A DNA stretch of 57,156 nt from Candidatus Moranbacteria bacterium CG10_big_fil_rev_8_21_14_0_10_35_21 (GCA_002773095.1 PFCG01000022.1:1-57156); one strand, 5' to 3'. Counted from the first letter of the stretch, positions 19,618 to 30,622 are shown. Numbers and translations are program-made. The notes: generated by a model from the letters alone, not told the origin.

Positions 19618-21327
19618 ATGCATAAATCCTACGACAAATTCATAAGATTAGCAATTAAAAGAAACCCGCAAAGCGCGGAGGATTTTTTAGCACTGAAAAA
19701 GGAATTATCGGGAAAATTCAAATTGCCAATGGATACCAACGCTAATATCCGAGAATACTATGAAAAAATGATCAAAAATCGCCAAATCAAGCGTCATTTA
19801 AAATTTGAGGAAATTTTGCAAAGCCGAAAAATACGCACCCAATCCGGTGTAGCTGTGGTGGCTGTGCTCACTAAACCCTCAGATTGCCCAGGAAAGTGTC
19901 TTTATTGCCCGACTGAAAAAGGAATGCCCAAAAGTTATCTTTCTAATGAGCCAGCCGTAATGCGCGCCATTGATGCCAAATTTAATCCCTATCTGCAAGT
20001 CCAAAATCGGCTTTATGCTTTAGAAATTAACGGACACAAGACCGACAAAATAGAATTGATTGTGATGGGAGGAACTTTTTCGTATTTTCCTAAAAAATAT
20101 CAGCAGTGGTTTATCACTGAATGTTTTCAAGCAGCCAATGAATATGATAGAAGAATTCACCATGTTAAATCTTCCGCTAAAGCGGAAATGCTCGAAGAGC
20201 AATTTAACAGGGCAAGCAAGCGCAATGAAACGGCCAAACACAGAATTATCGGACTAACACTAGAGACCAGACCTGATTATATTGATGAAAAAGAAATTTT
20301 AAATTTCCGCCATTTGGGTTGCACGCGAGTGGAATTAGGCGTGCAAAGTATTTTTAATTCGGTCCTCAAAAAAAATAATCGCGGTCATGATATCCAAAAA
20401 ACCATTGATGCCACTCGCCTTTTGAAAGACGCGGGATTTAAAATCAATTATCATATTATGCCAGGCCTTCTTGGATCCAGCTTGAAAAAGGATTATGAAA
20501 TGTTTCAAAAATTATTTTCTGATTCTGCCTTCCAACCGGATATGTTGAAAATTTATCCGACTGTGGTTTTGAAAAATTCCAAACTGTATAAAGTCTGGAA
20601 GCAAAAAAAATATATACCGCTCACTGACAAAAATTTTCAAAAGCTAGTAGTTAAAATAAAAAACGATTTGATTCCGCCATACGTCAGAATTTCTCGCTTG
20701 GTGCGTGATGTACCATCTACCTCCATCATTGCTGGACCAACAATTTCCAACTTACGCCAAATCATCGCCAAAGAATCTCGATGCCAATGCATCCGTTGCC
20801 GAGAAGTCCGCGCGAGTTACCCGCCCACATCCCGCTCTGGACGGGAAGTGTGTCGGGCAGGTGAAATAAAACTTAATCGTATCAATTACAAAGCTTCGGG
20901 CGGGAAAGAAATATTTTTACAATATGTCTCTCCTGACAAGAAAAAATTATTTGCTTTACTGCGACTAAGAATTCCGTCTTTCGCGTGTCATCCTGAGCGA
21001 GTGAAACGAGTCGAAGGATCTAATCCAATTAGATTCCTCGATTGCACTCGGAATGACAAATTATATGAATTATTACCAGCACTAAAAAACGCTGCTCTTA
21101 TCCGTGAAGTACATACCTATGGAAAAGTGACCGCGATTAATAAAAAAGATAAAACTTCTCCTCAACATATTGGTCTTGGGAAAAAATTGATGCTAGAAGC
21201 GGAAAAAATCGCCAGGAAAGAATTTAAATTAAATAAAATTGTAGTAATATCAGGTATCGGCGTGCGAGGTTATTACAAAAAATTAGGTTATCGACAAAAA
21301 GACACATATATGATAAAAAGTATTTAG
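19618..21327 (+). CDS. elp3: Elp3-family radical SAM / acetyltransferase (tRNA U34 carboxymethylation)
   Basis: CPGKCLYCP, PKSY, MGGTF, ETRPD, ELGVQS, LKIYPT, CIRCRE, REVHTYG, QHIGLGKKL, ISGIGVRGYY. Confidence 0.93.
   Translation: MHKSYDKFIRLAIKRNPQSAEDFLALKKELSGKFKLPMDTNANIREYYEKMIKNRQIKRHLKFEEILQSRKIRTQSGVAVVAVLTKPSDCPGKCLYCPTEKGMPKSYLSNEPAVMRAIDAKFNPYLQVQNRLYALEINGHKTDKIELIVMGGTFSYFPKKYQQWFITECFQAANEYDRRIHHVKSSAKAEMLEEQFNRASKRNETAKHRIIGLTLETRPDYIDEKEILNFRHLGCTRVELGVQSIFNSVLKKNNRGHDIQKTIDATRLLKDAGFKINYHIMPGLLGSSLKKDYEMFQKLFSDSAFQPDMLKIYPTVVLKNSKLYKVWKQKKYIPLTDKNFQKLVVKIKNDLIPPYVRISRLVRDVPSTSIIAGPTISNLRQIIAKESRCQCIRCREVRASYPPTSRSGREVCRAGEIKLNRINYKASGGKEIFLQYVSPDKKKLFALLRLRIPSFACHPERVKRVEGSNPIRFLDCTRNDKLYELLPALKNAALIREVHTYGKVTAINKKDKTSPQHIGLGKKLMLEAEKIARKEFKLNKIVVISGIGVRGYYKKLGYRQKDTYMIKSI
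20156..20216. repeat. In-frame palindromic element in elp3 (family B)
   Basis: TTCACCATGTTAAAT ... ATTTAACAGGGCAAG with two internal hairpins. Confidence 0.75.
20819..20862. repeat. In-frame palindromic element in elp3 (family E)
   Basis: ACCCGCCC...GGGCAGGT; the peptide YPP...RAG also appears in the atpH insert. Confidence 0.7.
20986..21058. repeat. In-frame REP-doublet-like element in elp3 (family A)
   Basis: TGTCATCCTGAGCGA..AGTCGAAGGATCT / AGATTCCTCG..GGAATGACA. Confidence 0.85.
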
Positions 21328-21348
21328 CTTTTAACTAAAAATAAATAT

Positions 21349-21741
21349 ATGAAAAAAATAATTGTTATATCTGGCCCAGTCATCGTAGAAGGAGATGATG
21401 TCCTTCTTAATCAGCATGGCGACACCAGTTTTTGGAAATTTTGCGGAGGCAAAGTAGAAGACTTTGAAACAGATCTAATTGAAAATGCCAAAAGAGAAGT
21501 GAGAGAAGAAATGGGGATTGAAATTGAAATTTTAGATTCTACTCCTTTTTTTCTCCACACCCTCAAAAAAACTCCAGAGGGCAACATTGATGTGATTTTG
21601 GTTCATTATTTAGCTAAAAGAATTGGAGAAATAAAACCTGGATCAGACATTAGAAAATGGGAATGGCTTGATATTAAAAATCTTCCCGACAATCTCGGAC
21701 CCAACATTACTCCTGCGCTCAAACACTTTAAATTTTTATAA
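21349..21741 (+). CDS. NUDIX hydrolase
   Basis: Nudix box GGKVE...AKREVREEMG. Confidence 0.9.
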   Translation: MKKIIVISGPVIVEGDDVLLNQHGDTSFWKFCGGKVEDFETDLIENAKREVREEMGIEIEILDSTPFFLHTLKKTPEGNIDVILVHYLAKRIGEIKPGSDIRKWEWLDIKNLPDNLGPNITPALKHFKFL

Positions 21742-21754
21742 TAAACTTTTTAGT

Positions 21755-21838
21755 CTATTCTACAGTTACACTTTTGGCCAAGTTTCTTGGCTTATCAACC
21801 CCGTAAAGTCGCAGAGCGACCACGGGGCACGCATCTAA
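21755..21838 (-). pseudogene. Duplicate glmS 3' end carrying a palindromic insert
   Basis: In frame after the glmS stop it reads LD-ACPVVALRLYG-VDKPRNLAKSVTVE*. Confidence 0.9.
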
Positions 21839-23671
21839 TTATTCAACTGTAACACTTTTGGCTAGATTACGCGGTTTATCGACATCCAGTTTTTTGAGAA
21901 CTGCGATGTGATAGGCAAATAATTGCAAAGGAATGACGCTTAACAACGGCGTAAGCATTTCAAGTGTTTTGGGAATATAAATCACATCATCCGCGTGTTT
22001 TTTGATCTCTTTGTCGCCAACAGTTGCAATCGCGATAATTTTCCCGCCTCGCGCTTTAATTTCCTGCATACCGGATATATTTTTTTCATACACACTGTCT
22101 TTGGGAACAATAAAAATTGAAGGGAAATCTTTGTCGATAAGCGCAATCGGTCCGTGCTTCATTTCTCCTGATGGATAACCTTCAGCATGAACATAAGCTA
22201 TTTCTTTAATTTTCAAAGCGCCTTCCAAGGCAATCGGAAAATTATATTTTCTTCCCATATAGAGAAAGTCTTTATATTGAATATATTTTTTAGCTATTCT
22301 TTTTATTTCTACAGATTTTTTGATAATTTTCTCAATTAACTTGGGAATTTTTGCCATTTCCGATGCAATTCTTTTTCCCATCACAAAAGTCATATCTCTT
22401 TGCCTTCCCACCAATAAAGTTAAAAGAAGCAAAATAGAAACTTGTGAAGTAAAGGCCTTAGTAGACGCCACCCCAATTTCCGGTCCAGCATGGTTATATA
22501 TTCCAGCATCTGTTTCTCGCGCGATAGTAGAGCCAACGGTATTCACAATTCCCAAAGTCAGCGCCCCTTTATTTTTCGCTTCACGAATAGCTGCCAAAGT
22601 GTCTGCTGTTTCACCTGACTGAGAAATAGCCAGAACGGCGGTTCTTTCATTGAGTAAAGGTTTTCGATAACGAAATTCAGAAGCATATTCCACCTCCACT
22701 GGAATACCAGCATATTCCTCCAAAAAATATTCTCCCACCAATCCTGAATAATACGATGTCCCGCAACTCACAATCACTATTTTTTCCAAATGTCGTAGTT
22801 TTTCCGCCACATCTCTGAGCCCTCCGAGCTTCGCCATTCCATCAGCAACCACCAATCTTCCACTGATGGCAATTTGAATAGTTTCTGGTTGTTCAAAAAT
22901 TTCTTTCATCATAAAATGAGGGAACCCTGATTTTCGTGCTTGTTCCATTGACCAATCCAGCTTGGAAATTTTTTTGCTGATTTTTTTATTTTTAATATTA
23001 TTGACTTCATAATTATCTAGCGAAAGTTCCGCTACTTCTCCATCTTCCAGATAAATTACTTGATCAGTATGGCGAATGATGGCCGAAGCATCAGACGCAA
23101 TGACAAATTCTTTTTCTCCTACTCCCAGAAGTAATGGACTGCCAAGTCGAGCTACAATTATTTTTTCCGGCTCGTCTTGATTAATAATGGCTAATCCATA
23201 AGTTCCGCGAATTTTTTTAAGCGCTTCTAAAACTGCCTCCTTAAAATCTAACTTTTTATTAAATTCCTCAATAAGATGGACAATGATTTCACTGTCCGTT
23301 TCCGATTTAAATTTATGTCCATTTTTTAGAAGATAACTTTTCAGTTCCAAATAATTTTCAATAATGCCATTGTGCACTAAATGAATTTTTCCAGAGCAAT
23401 CACAGTGCGGATGAGAATTTTGGTCTGATGGTTTTCCGTGTGTGGCCCAGCGTGTGTGAGCAATACCAATGGTTCCCAAAATTTCTTTACTATCACTCAA
23501 CTTATTTTCCAGTTCCGCTACTTTTCCCACGGACTTTAAATTAATAATTTTTTTTCCATCAATAATAGAAACTCCGGCACTGTCATAGCCCCTGTATTCA
23601 AGCCTTTTTAATCCTTCAATTAAAATTGGAACGGCTTTTTGTTTTCCAATATAACCTATTATTCCACACAT
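21839..23671 (-). CDS. glmS: Glutamine--fructose-6-phosphate aminotransferase
   Basis: MCGIIG, RLEYRGYDSAG, HTRWATHG, SQSGETADT, PRNLAKSVTVE. Confidence 0.99.
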   Translation of the reverse strand: MCGIIGYIGKQKAVPILIEGLKRLEYRGYDSAGVSIIDGKKIINLKSVGKVAELENKLSDSKEILGTIGIAHTRWATHGKPSDQNSHPHCDCSGKIHLVHNGIIENYLELKSYLLKNGHKFKSETDSEIIVHLIEEFNKKLDFKEAVLEALKKIRGTYGLAIINQDEPEKIIVARLGSPLLLGVGEKEFVIASDASAIIRHTDQVIYLEDGEVAELSLDNYEVNNIKNKKISKKISKLDWSMEQARKSGFPHFMMKEIFEQPETIQIAISGRLVVADGMAKLGGLRDVAEKLRHLEKIVIVSCGTSYYSGLVGEYFLEEYAGIPVEVEYASEFRYRKPLLNERTAVLAISQSGETADTLAAIREAKNKGALTLGIVNTVGSTIARETDAGIYNHAGPEIGVASTKAFTSQVSILLLLTLLVGRQRDMTFVMGKRIASEMAKIPKLIEKIIKKSVEIKRIAKKYIQYKDFLYMGRKYNFPIALEGALKIKEIAYVHAEGYPSGEMKHGPIALIDKDFPSIFIVPKDSVYEKNISGMQEIKARGGKIIAIATVGDKEIKKHADDVIYIPKTLEMLTPLLSVIPLQLFAYHIAVLKKLDVDKPRNLAKSVTVE

Positions 23672-23676
23672 AAAAA

Positions 23677-25119
23677 TTAATTAAACTTTAAAAAAATTGA
23701 AATTAGAATGGAAGTTACCATGAAGGCTACTGCCAACCAACCAAAGAAAGAAACCCATTTTGGATTAGTTTCTGCTCCCATAATTTTTTTATTGTTTCCG
23801 ATAATGATGATAGCTATTAGTAAGGGCAAAGCAATTATTCCATTAATATAAGCTGAATAATATAAGGCCAGAATAGGATTAATATTAAGGAAATTAAATA
23901 ACATTCCAAAAAATATAGAAAAGGCAATTACTAAATAAAATCCTTTGGCCCGAGAAAATTTCATTTCTAACCCTTCCCTCCATTTCACTACTTCTGCAAT
24001 CGCATAAGCCCCTGATCCAGCTAAAATAGGAATGGCTAAGAGCCCGGTGCCGATTATACCTAAAGCGAAAAGAAGGTAAGCATATTCTCCAGCAAAGGGA
24101 CGTAATGCTTGGGCTGCCTGCTCAGCTGATTCAATATTATAAATACCGTTTTTAAATAAAACTTGGGCGGTAGTTAAAACAATAAAAAACATGGCTAAAT
24201 GAGCCAAAAGCATTCCTACAAAAACATCGGTTCTCATTTTTCTAATTCGGCTATGGATATGATGATTATTTTTTGAAGTTATTCCGGCTAATTTTCCTTC
24301 TTCCACTTCTTCTGAAGTTTGCCAAAAAAACATATAAGGAGTAATGGTGGTTCCAAAAATAGCTATCATAGCAAAAATATATTCTTTGTTAAAAACAATT
24401 TTAGGTACTAGAGCCTGGCTAAAAACCTGCCACCAATCAGGATGAATTATTATTCCCGTAATAATATAAGCAAAAATTGAGATAGTCAGCCATTTTAAAA
24501 ATTTTACATAAATATGATAACTAATAAAAATCTCACTTATAATAATAAAAATAGCGAATCCGGCTATGGCTACATAAAAATTAATATTTGAAAATAGTCG
24601 CAAAGAAGCAGCCATGGCTCCTAAATCTGCACCAATATTAATAATATTAGCAATCAATAAAAGAAAAATAATTCCAACCACTATGTTTTTTCGGTAATGT
24701 TTTTTCAGGACACCAGTTAGACCATGATTAGTAACAATGCCAATACGGGCACAAATTTCTTGAACGGCCAACATGATCGGAAAAAGCCAAACAGCCATCC
24801 AAATTATTGAAAGGCCAAACTTAGCTCCCACTGAAGAATAAGTTCCAATACCGCTAGGATCATCATTAGAGGCTCCCGTGATTAATCCTGGTCCTATAGC
24901 TTTCATGAAATAACGATATTTTTTTCTAGGATTTTTAAAGACCTCCTTTATTCTTAAAACTTCCGATTCGGCAATGTGAATGGTTCCGTCCATCGCTTTA
25001 ACAGCTGATATTTCTCCTTTAGTGATAAGTTTTCGAGCCACTACTAGAGGCAAGCCTACCTCTCGCCTAAATTCCGAGAGAGAATATTTTTTTTCTTGAT
25101 TTTGGTTTTCGTTTTCCAT
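23677..25119 (-). CDS. NRAMP-family metal transporter with an N-terminal HTH-like extension
   Basis: GPGLITGASNDDPSGIGTYS, GTTITPY.FFWQ, about 11 TMs and a soluble ~65-aa N-terminus. Confidence 0.88.
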   Translation of the reverse strand: MENENQNQEKKYSLSEFRREVGLPLVVARKLITKGEISAVKAMDGTIHIAESEVLRIKEVFKNPRKKYRYFMKAIGPGLITGASNDDPSGIGTYSSVGAKFGLSIIWMAVWLFPIMLAVQEICARIGIVTNHGLTGVLKKHYRKNIVVGIIFLLLIANIINIGADLGAMAASLRLFSNINFYVAIAGFAIFIIISEIFISYHIYVKFLKWLTISIFAYIITGIIIHPDWWQVFSQALVPKIVFNKEYIFAMIAIFGTTITPYMFFWQTSEEVEEGKLAGITSKNNHHIHSRIRKMRTDVFVGMLLAHLAMFFIVLTTAQVLFKNGIYNIESAEQAAQALRPFAGEYAYLLFALGIIGTGLLAIPILAGSGAYAIAEVVKWREGLEMKFSRAKGFYLVIAFSIFFGMLFNFLNINPILALYYSAYINGIIALPLLIAIIIIGNNKKIMGAETNPKWVSFFGWLAVAFMVTSILISIFLKFN

Positions 25120-25123
25120 TTAC

Positions 25124-25807
25124 TTAATTTAAAAATTTATCCAGATTTTTTTCCGCCTTTTCAATATCTTCAGGATAACCGACCGGTTGCCACATTTTAG
25201 CCGGGATTACTTTTATTTTAAAATCCTTGTTCATGCTAGTCAGTGTTTGTGGTAGACCATATTCCGTTTCACTAATTGGAACCAACGGATAATTGAAAAA
25301 ATCTTGATTAATCGCATAGGCTCCAATATTAGCTAAATTGCTTTTGGAAAATTTTGGTTTTTCAATAATTTCCATTAGTTGATTATTGGCATCTATTTTA
25401 AAAATTCCGAAACGAGTTGGATCTTCTACTCTGTAAGCTAAAACTGCTAGTTTTTCTTGAGCTAGTTTTTCTATATCTTTTTTATGGTAAAGATCATCTC
25501 CCATCAAAACTAAAAAATTATTTTTCAAAATAGAGCGACAAAGCTGAATACAACCCCCGGTTCCGTTCAATTTTTCTTGAAAAACATAAGTTATTTTTTT
25601 TCCTAAAAAATTGGAGCCAAAATATTCTTTTATCTGCTCGCCTAAATAACCAATGACGATTATTACTTCATCAACAGATTCCGGCAAAAAACTAATGGTG
25701 TATTCCAAGATAGGTTTTCCGTTAACCATTAACATGGGCTTGGGAATTTCATAAGTGAGCGGCCTCATTCTGGTCCCCTTCCCAGCGGCTAAAATTACTG
25801 CTTGCAT
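25124..25807 (-). CDS. Sugar-phosphate nucleotidyltransferase (GlmU N-terminal-like)
   Basis: ILAAGKGTRMRPLT..PKP, NGTGG, MGDD, IIEKP. Confidence 0.9.
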   Translation of the reverse strand: MQAVILAAGKGTRMRPLTYEIPKPMLMVNGKPILEYTISFLPESVDEVIIVIGYLGEQIKEYFGSNFLGKKITYVFQEKLNGTGGCIQLCRSILKNNFLVLMGDDLYHKKDIEKLAQEKLAVLAYRVEDPTRFGIFKIDANNQLMEIIEKPKFSKSNLANIGAYAINQDFFNYPLVPISETEYGLPQTLTSMNKDFKIKVIPAKMWQPVGYPEDIEKAEKNLDKFLN

Positions 25808-25808
25808 A

Positions 25809-25936
25809 CCCAGTAGTAGAAATTCAAATGAGCTTCAGCTCAAAAGAATTTTTTAAAAATTAATTATTATAACTATTTTAATATTTTTTACTATTTGATA
25901 CCAATGTATTACTTTCTTTGAATTTTCACTACTGGG
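25809..25936. mobile_element. 128-bp MITE-like element with a possible CATA target duplication
   Basis: IR CCCAGTAGTAGAAATTCAAA / TTTGAATTTTCACTACTGGG (18/20), with CATA on both sides. Confidence 0.7.
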
Positions 25937-25941
25937 CATAA

Positions 25942-28413
25942 TTAAATTACAATACTTATTAACTTTCCTTTGACAAAAATAATTTTCTTAATTTTCTTTC
26001 CGGAAATTTGAGATTTTATTTTCTCACTTTCCACTGCCAATTTTTTGGCATCTTCTTCAGTGATATCTGCGCTTACTCTTAATTTATCTCGCACCTTGCC
26101 ATTTATTTGAATAACTAACTCGATTTCTTCATCCTGAATCAGTTTTTCATCATATTTAGGCCAGGCTTCTAAAAATATAGATTTAGTGTGTCCTAGCTTT
26201 TTCCAAATTTCTTCAGCGATGTGCGGAGCAAAAGGAGATAATAGTATTAAATATTTTTCATATTGTATTTTGGATATTGATTCTTGTTTATCTAATTCGT
26301 TAGCGAAAATCATCATTTGGCTAATGGCCGTATTAAAGCGTAAGCTCTCAATATCATTTGTAATTTTTTTAATCGTTTTGTGAAATAAGCTTTCTAACTT
26401 TTTATTGGTGATATTTTTGTCCGTTATTTTTCCGGCGTTTTTATAAACTTTTTCCAAAAACCTCACGATACCCACAATCCCTTTTGTATTCCACGGTTTC
26501 ATATCCTCCAATGGCCCCATAAACATTTCAAACATTCTTAAGGAATCTGCACCAAATTTTTCCACCACTTCATCTGGATTCACCACATTGCCCTTGGATT
26601 TGGCCATCTTGTTTCCGTCTTCAGCTAAAATTATTCCCTGGTGACGTAGTTTCAAAAAAGGTTCATCAAATTTAATATGACCAAGCTTGTGTAAAACTTT
26701 GGTAAAAAATCGCGCATAGAGCAGATGCAAAACCGTATGTTCCGCTCCTCCAACATACAAATCTACCGGCAGCCATTTCTTAATTTGCTCTTTGCCGGCA
26801 AAAGCCTTTTTATTTCTTGAATCGGAATAGCGGAAATAATACCAAGAGGAGCAAACAAATGTGTCCATCGTGTCAGATTCTCTTTTTGCCTCACCTCCGC
26901 ACTTCGGACATTTCACATTATGAAAACTTTTGGATTTTTTAAGTGGTGACTCTCCAGTTGGATTGAAATCAACATCCGTCGGCAACATCACCGGCAAATC
27001 TTCTTCCGGAACAGGAATTTCTCCTTGCCTCGCCGGATCAAGGTGGGCGCATTTTTCGCAATAAATAATCGGAATGGGCGCGCCCCAATATCTTTGACGA
27101 CTTACCAACCAGTCACGCAGTTTGTAATTTATTTTTTGGCTACCCAATTTATTTTCAGTCAGCCATTTCGTCATTTCTGCACGTGCTTTTTCAGAAATCA
27201 TCTTTGTAAATTTTCCAGAATCAAATAGCACACCGTCAGCAGTAAATATTTTATCTACCTTTTTTTCTCCTTCTATTACTTCCTTTATTGGCAACTTATA
27301 TTTCTGCGCAAATTCCCAGTCGCGTTCATCATGCGCTGGAACAGCCATTACTGCGCCAGTGCCGTATTGCGCCAAGACATAATCCGCGACAAACAAAGAC
27401 ACTTCTTCATTGGTAAAGGGATTAATAACTTTTATGCCTTTAATTTCTACGCCAGTCTTCTCTTTAGCTTCCATCCGCATCAAGTCAGATTTTTTCTTGG
27501 ATTTCTCAAGATATTTTTCCACTTCTTTCAGATTTAAAATTTGCTCCGCTAACTGTTGGACTATTTTGTGTTCGGGAGCAACAACGCAATACGTACACCC
27601 AAAGATAGTATCTACACGCGTAGTGAATACCTCTATAAAGTTTTTATCATTATTTAATTGGGATTTGTTTAGAAATTTGGAATTAGAAATTAGAAATTTT
27701 ATCGTTGTCCCTTCGCTACGCCCAATCCAATTTCTTTGCGTTTGTTTGGTAGATTCCGGCCAATCCAATTTTTCCAATCCAGAAAGTAATCCTTGAGTTT
27801 TTCCCTTGTCCTCAATAAAATCCGTGATTTTAAAAAACCATTGCTCTAAATCTTTTTGAATCACTTTATTGCCACATCTTTCACACACTCCATTTTCGGA
27901 TTGTTCGTTCGCCAAAACCGTTTGGCACGATTCGCACCAATTCACTTTAGCTTTGGCCTTATAAGCTAATTTATTTTTATATAACTGCAGAAAAAACCAT
28001 TGCGTCCATTTGTAGTATTCTGGATCTGAAGAATTCACTTCTCGCGACCAATCATAGGAAAATCCCAATTTGCCCATTTGAGCTTTGAAAGTAGCAATGG
28101 CTTTTTTGGTTGTTTCAGTCGGATGAATTTTGGTTTTAATAGCATAATTTTCCGCCGGCAAACCGAAAGCGTCCCAACCTTGCGGATGCAAAACATTTTT
28201 TCCTTGCAAGCGATAATAACGCGACATAATATCCGTGGCCGTGTATGATTCCACATGCCCGACATGGAGACCCTCTCCTGAAGGATAAGGAAACATATCC
28301 AAAATATATTTCTTTTCTTTTTTTGAATCATCGTTCACCGCAAAAAGTTCCGGATGTTCGATCCAATACTTTTGCCATTTGGCTTCAATTTCTTTCGGAT
28401 TATATTTTTCCAT
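25942..28413 (-). CDS. leuS: Leucine--tRNA ligase
   Basis: MFPYPSGEGLHVGH, GWDAFGLPAEN, FTTRVDT, GTGAVMAVPAHD, SRQRYWG, KMAKS. Confidence 0.98.
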   Translation of the reverse strand: MEKYNPKEIEAKWQKYWIEHPELFAVNDDSKKEKKYILDMFPYPSGEGLHVGHVESYTATDIMSRYYRLQGKNVLHPQGWDAFGLPAENYAIKTKIHPTETTKKAIATFKAQMGKLGFSYDWSREVNSSDPEYYKWTQWFFLQLYKNKLAYKAKAKVNWCESCQTVLANEQSENGVCERCGNKVIQKDLEQWFFKITDFIEDKGKTQGLLSGLEKLDWPESTKQTQRNWIGRSEGTTIKFLISNSKFLNKSQLNNDKNFIEVFTTRVDTIFGCTYCVVAPEHKIVQQLAEQILNLKEVEKYLEKSKKKSDLMRMEAKEKTGVEIKGIKVINPFTNEEVSLFVADYVLAQYGTGAVMAVPAHDERDWEFAQKYKLPIKEVIEGEKKVDKIFTADGVLFDSGKFTKMISEKARAEMTKWLTENKLGSQKINYKLRDWLVSRQRYWGAPIPIIYCEKCAHLDPARQGEIPVPEEDLPVMLPTDVDFNPTGESPLKKSKSFHNVKCPKCGGEAKRESDTMDTFVCSSWYYFRYSDSRNKKAFAGKEQIKKWLPVDLYVGGAEHTVLHLLYARFFTKVLHKLGHIKFDEPFLKLRHQGIILAEDGNKMAKSKGNVVNPDEVVEKFGADSLRMFEMFMGPLEDMKPWNTKGIVGIVRFLEKVYKNAGKITDKNITNKKLESLFHKTIKKITNDIESLRFNTAISQMMIFANELDKQESISKIQYEKYLILLSPFAPHIAEEIWKKLGHTKSIFLEAWPKYDEKLIQDEEIELVIQINGKVRDKLRVSADITEEDAKKLAVESEKIKSQISGKKIKKIIFVKGKLISIVI

Positions 28414-28507
28414 ATACACCCAATTTTACCTTATTCCAGGTTTTTTTTCAAAAAATTAAAAATCTCAAGAATTGAAACCCTTACCCACATAATGGAAAAA
28501 TGTGCTT

Positions 28508-28951
28508 TTAATGGTTATTCAAATTCATACTCCGCCTACTATGATGTTTTCTAGCTACTCTGATTCTCGCCCATTCTTTTTCAATCGCTGCTGCCATTCG
28601 AGCATAATCTTCGGAATCTGCAGATATTTTTTGATTTTTTAAATCTTCCGCTTTTTTTCTGGCTTCTTCCGCTCGCTTTTCATCGATTTCTTCCGCTCGT
28701 TCAGCTGTGTCCGCCAAAACCACCAAATTATTTTTATCAAATTCAATAAACCCACCAGACACTGCCATGCTGATTTCTTCTTTTCCAGTTTTTAGCATTA
28801 TTTCTCCAGCTTTCAGTGATGCGATATATGACCGGTGGTTCGGCAAAATCGTCACTTCCCCATCCGACACGGGCAAAGTGGCTTGATCAATTTCCTGATC
28901 GCAAACCGTTTTTTCGGGTGTTACTATCTTAAATTTTATTCGTAAACTCAT
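28508..28951 (-). CDS. atpC: ATP synthase epsilon subunit
   Basis: IVTPE, GEVTILPNH, SGGFIE, LADTAE; position in the operon. Confidence 0.95.
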   Translation of the reverse strand: MSLRIKFKIVTPEKTVCDQEIDQATLPVSDGEVTILPNHRSYIASLKAGEIMLKTGKEEISMAVSGGFIEFDKNNLVVLADTAERAEEIDEKRAEEARKKAEDLKNQKISADSEDYARMAAAIEKEWARIRVARKHHSRRSMNLNNH

Positions 28952-28961
28952 AAAATTAAAC

Positions 28962-29090
28962 AAATTCTAAATACTAATATCTAAATTCTAAATAATCTCA
29001 AAATCTAAATTTTTTAAATTCAAAACACTTTAATATTTTAATTTTAGTGATTTGGATTTATTTAGGATTTAGGATTTTGAAATTGGGATT

Positions 29091-29091
<1 letters not shown>
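28962..29091. repeat. Inverted heptamer-repeat arms without cargo (family F)
   Basis: AAATTCT/AAATACT/AATATCT units, then the complementary TTTAGGA-type units; fills the atpC-atpD gap. Confidence 0.65.

Positions 29092-30622
<1,531 letters not shown>

Noticed and set aside
19618..21327. Inteins or introns as the explanation for the extra peptide segments
   Set aside because: The inserts are far too short, lack splicing motifs and coincide with DNA palindromes.
21755..21838. Tn7 insertion downstream of glmS
   Set aside because: No tns genes and no recognisable Tn7 ends; only the duplicated tail is present.
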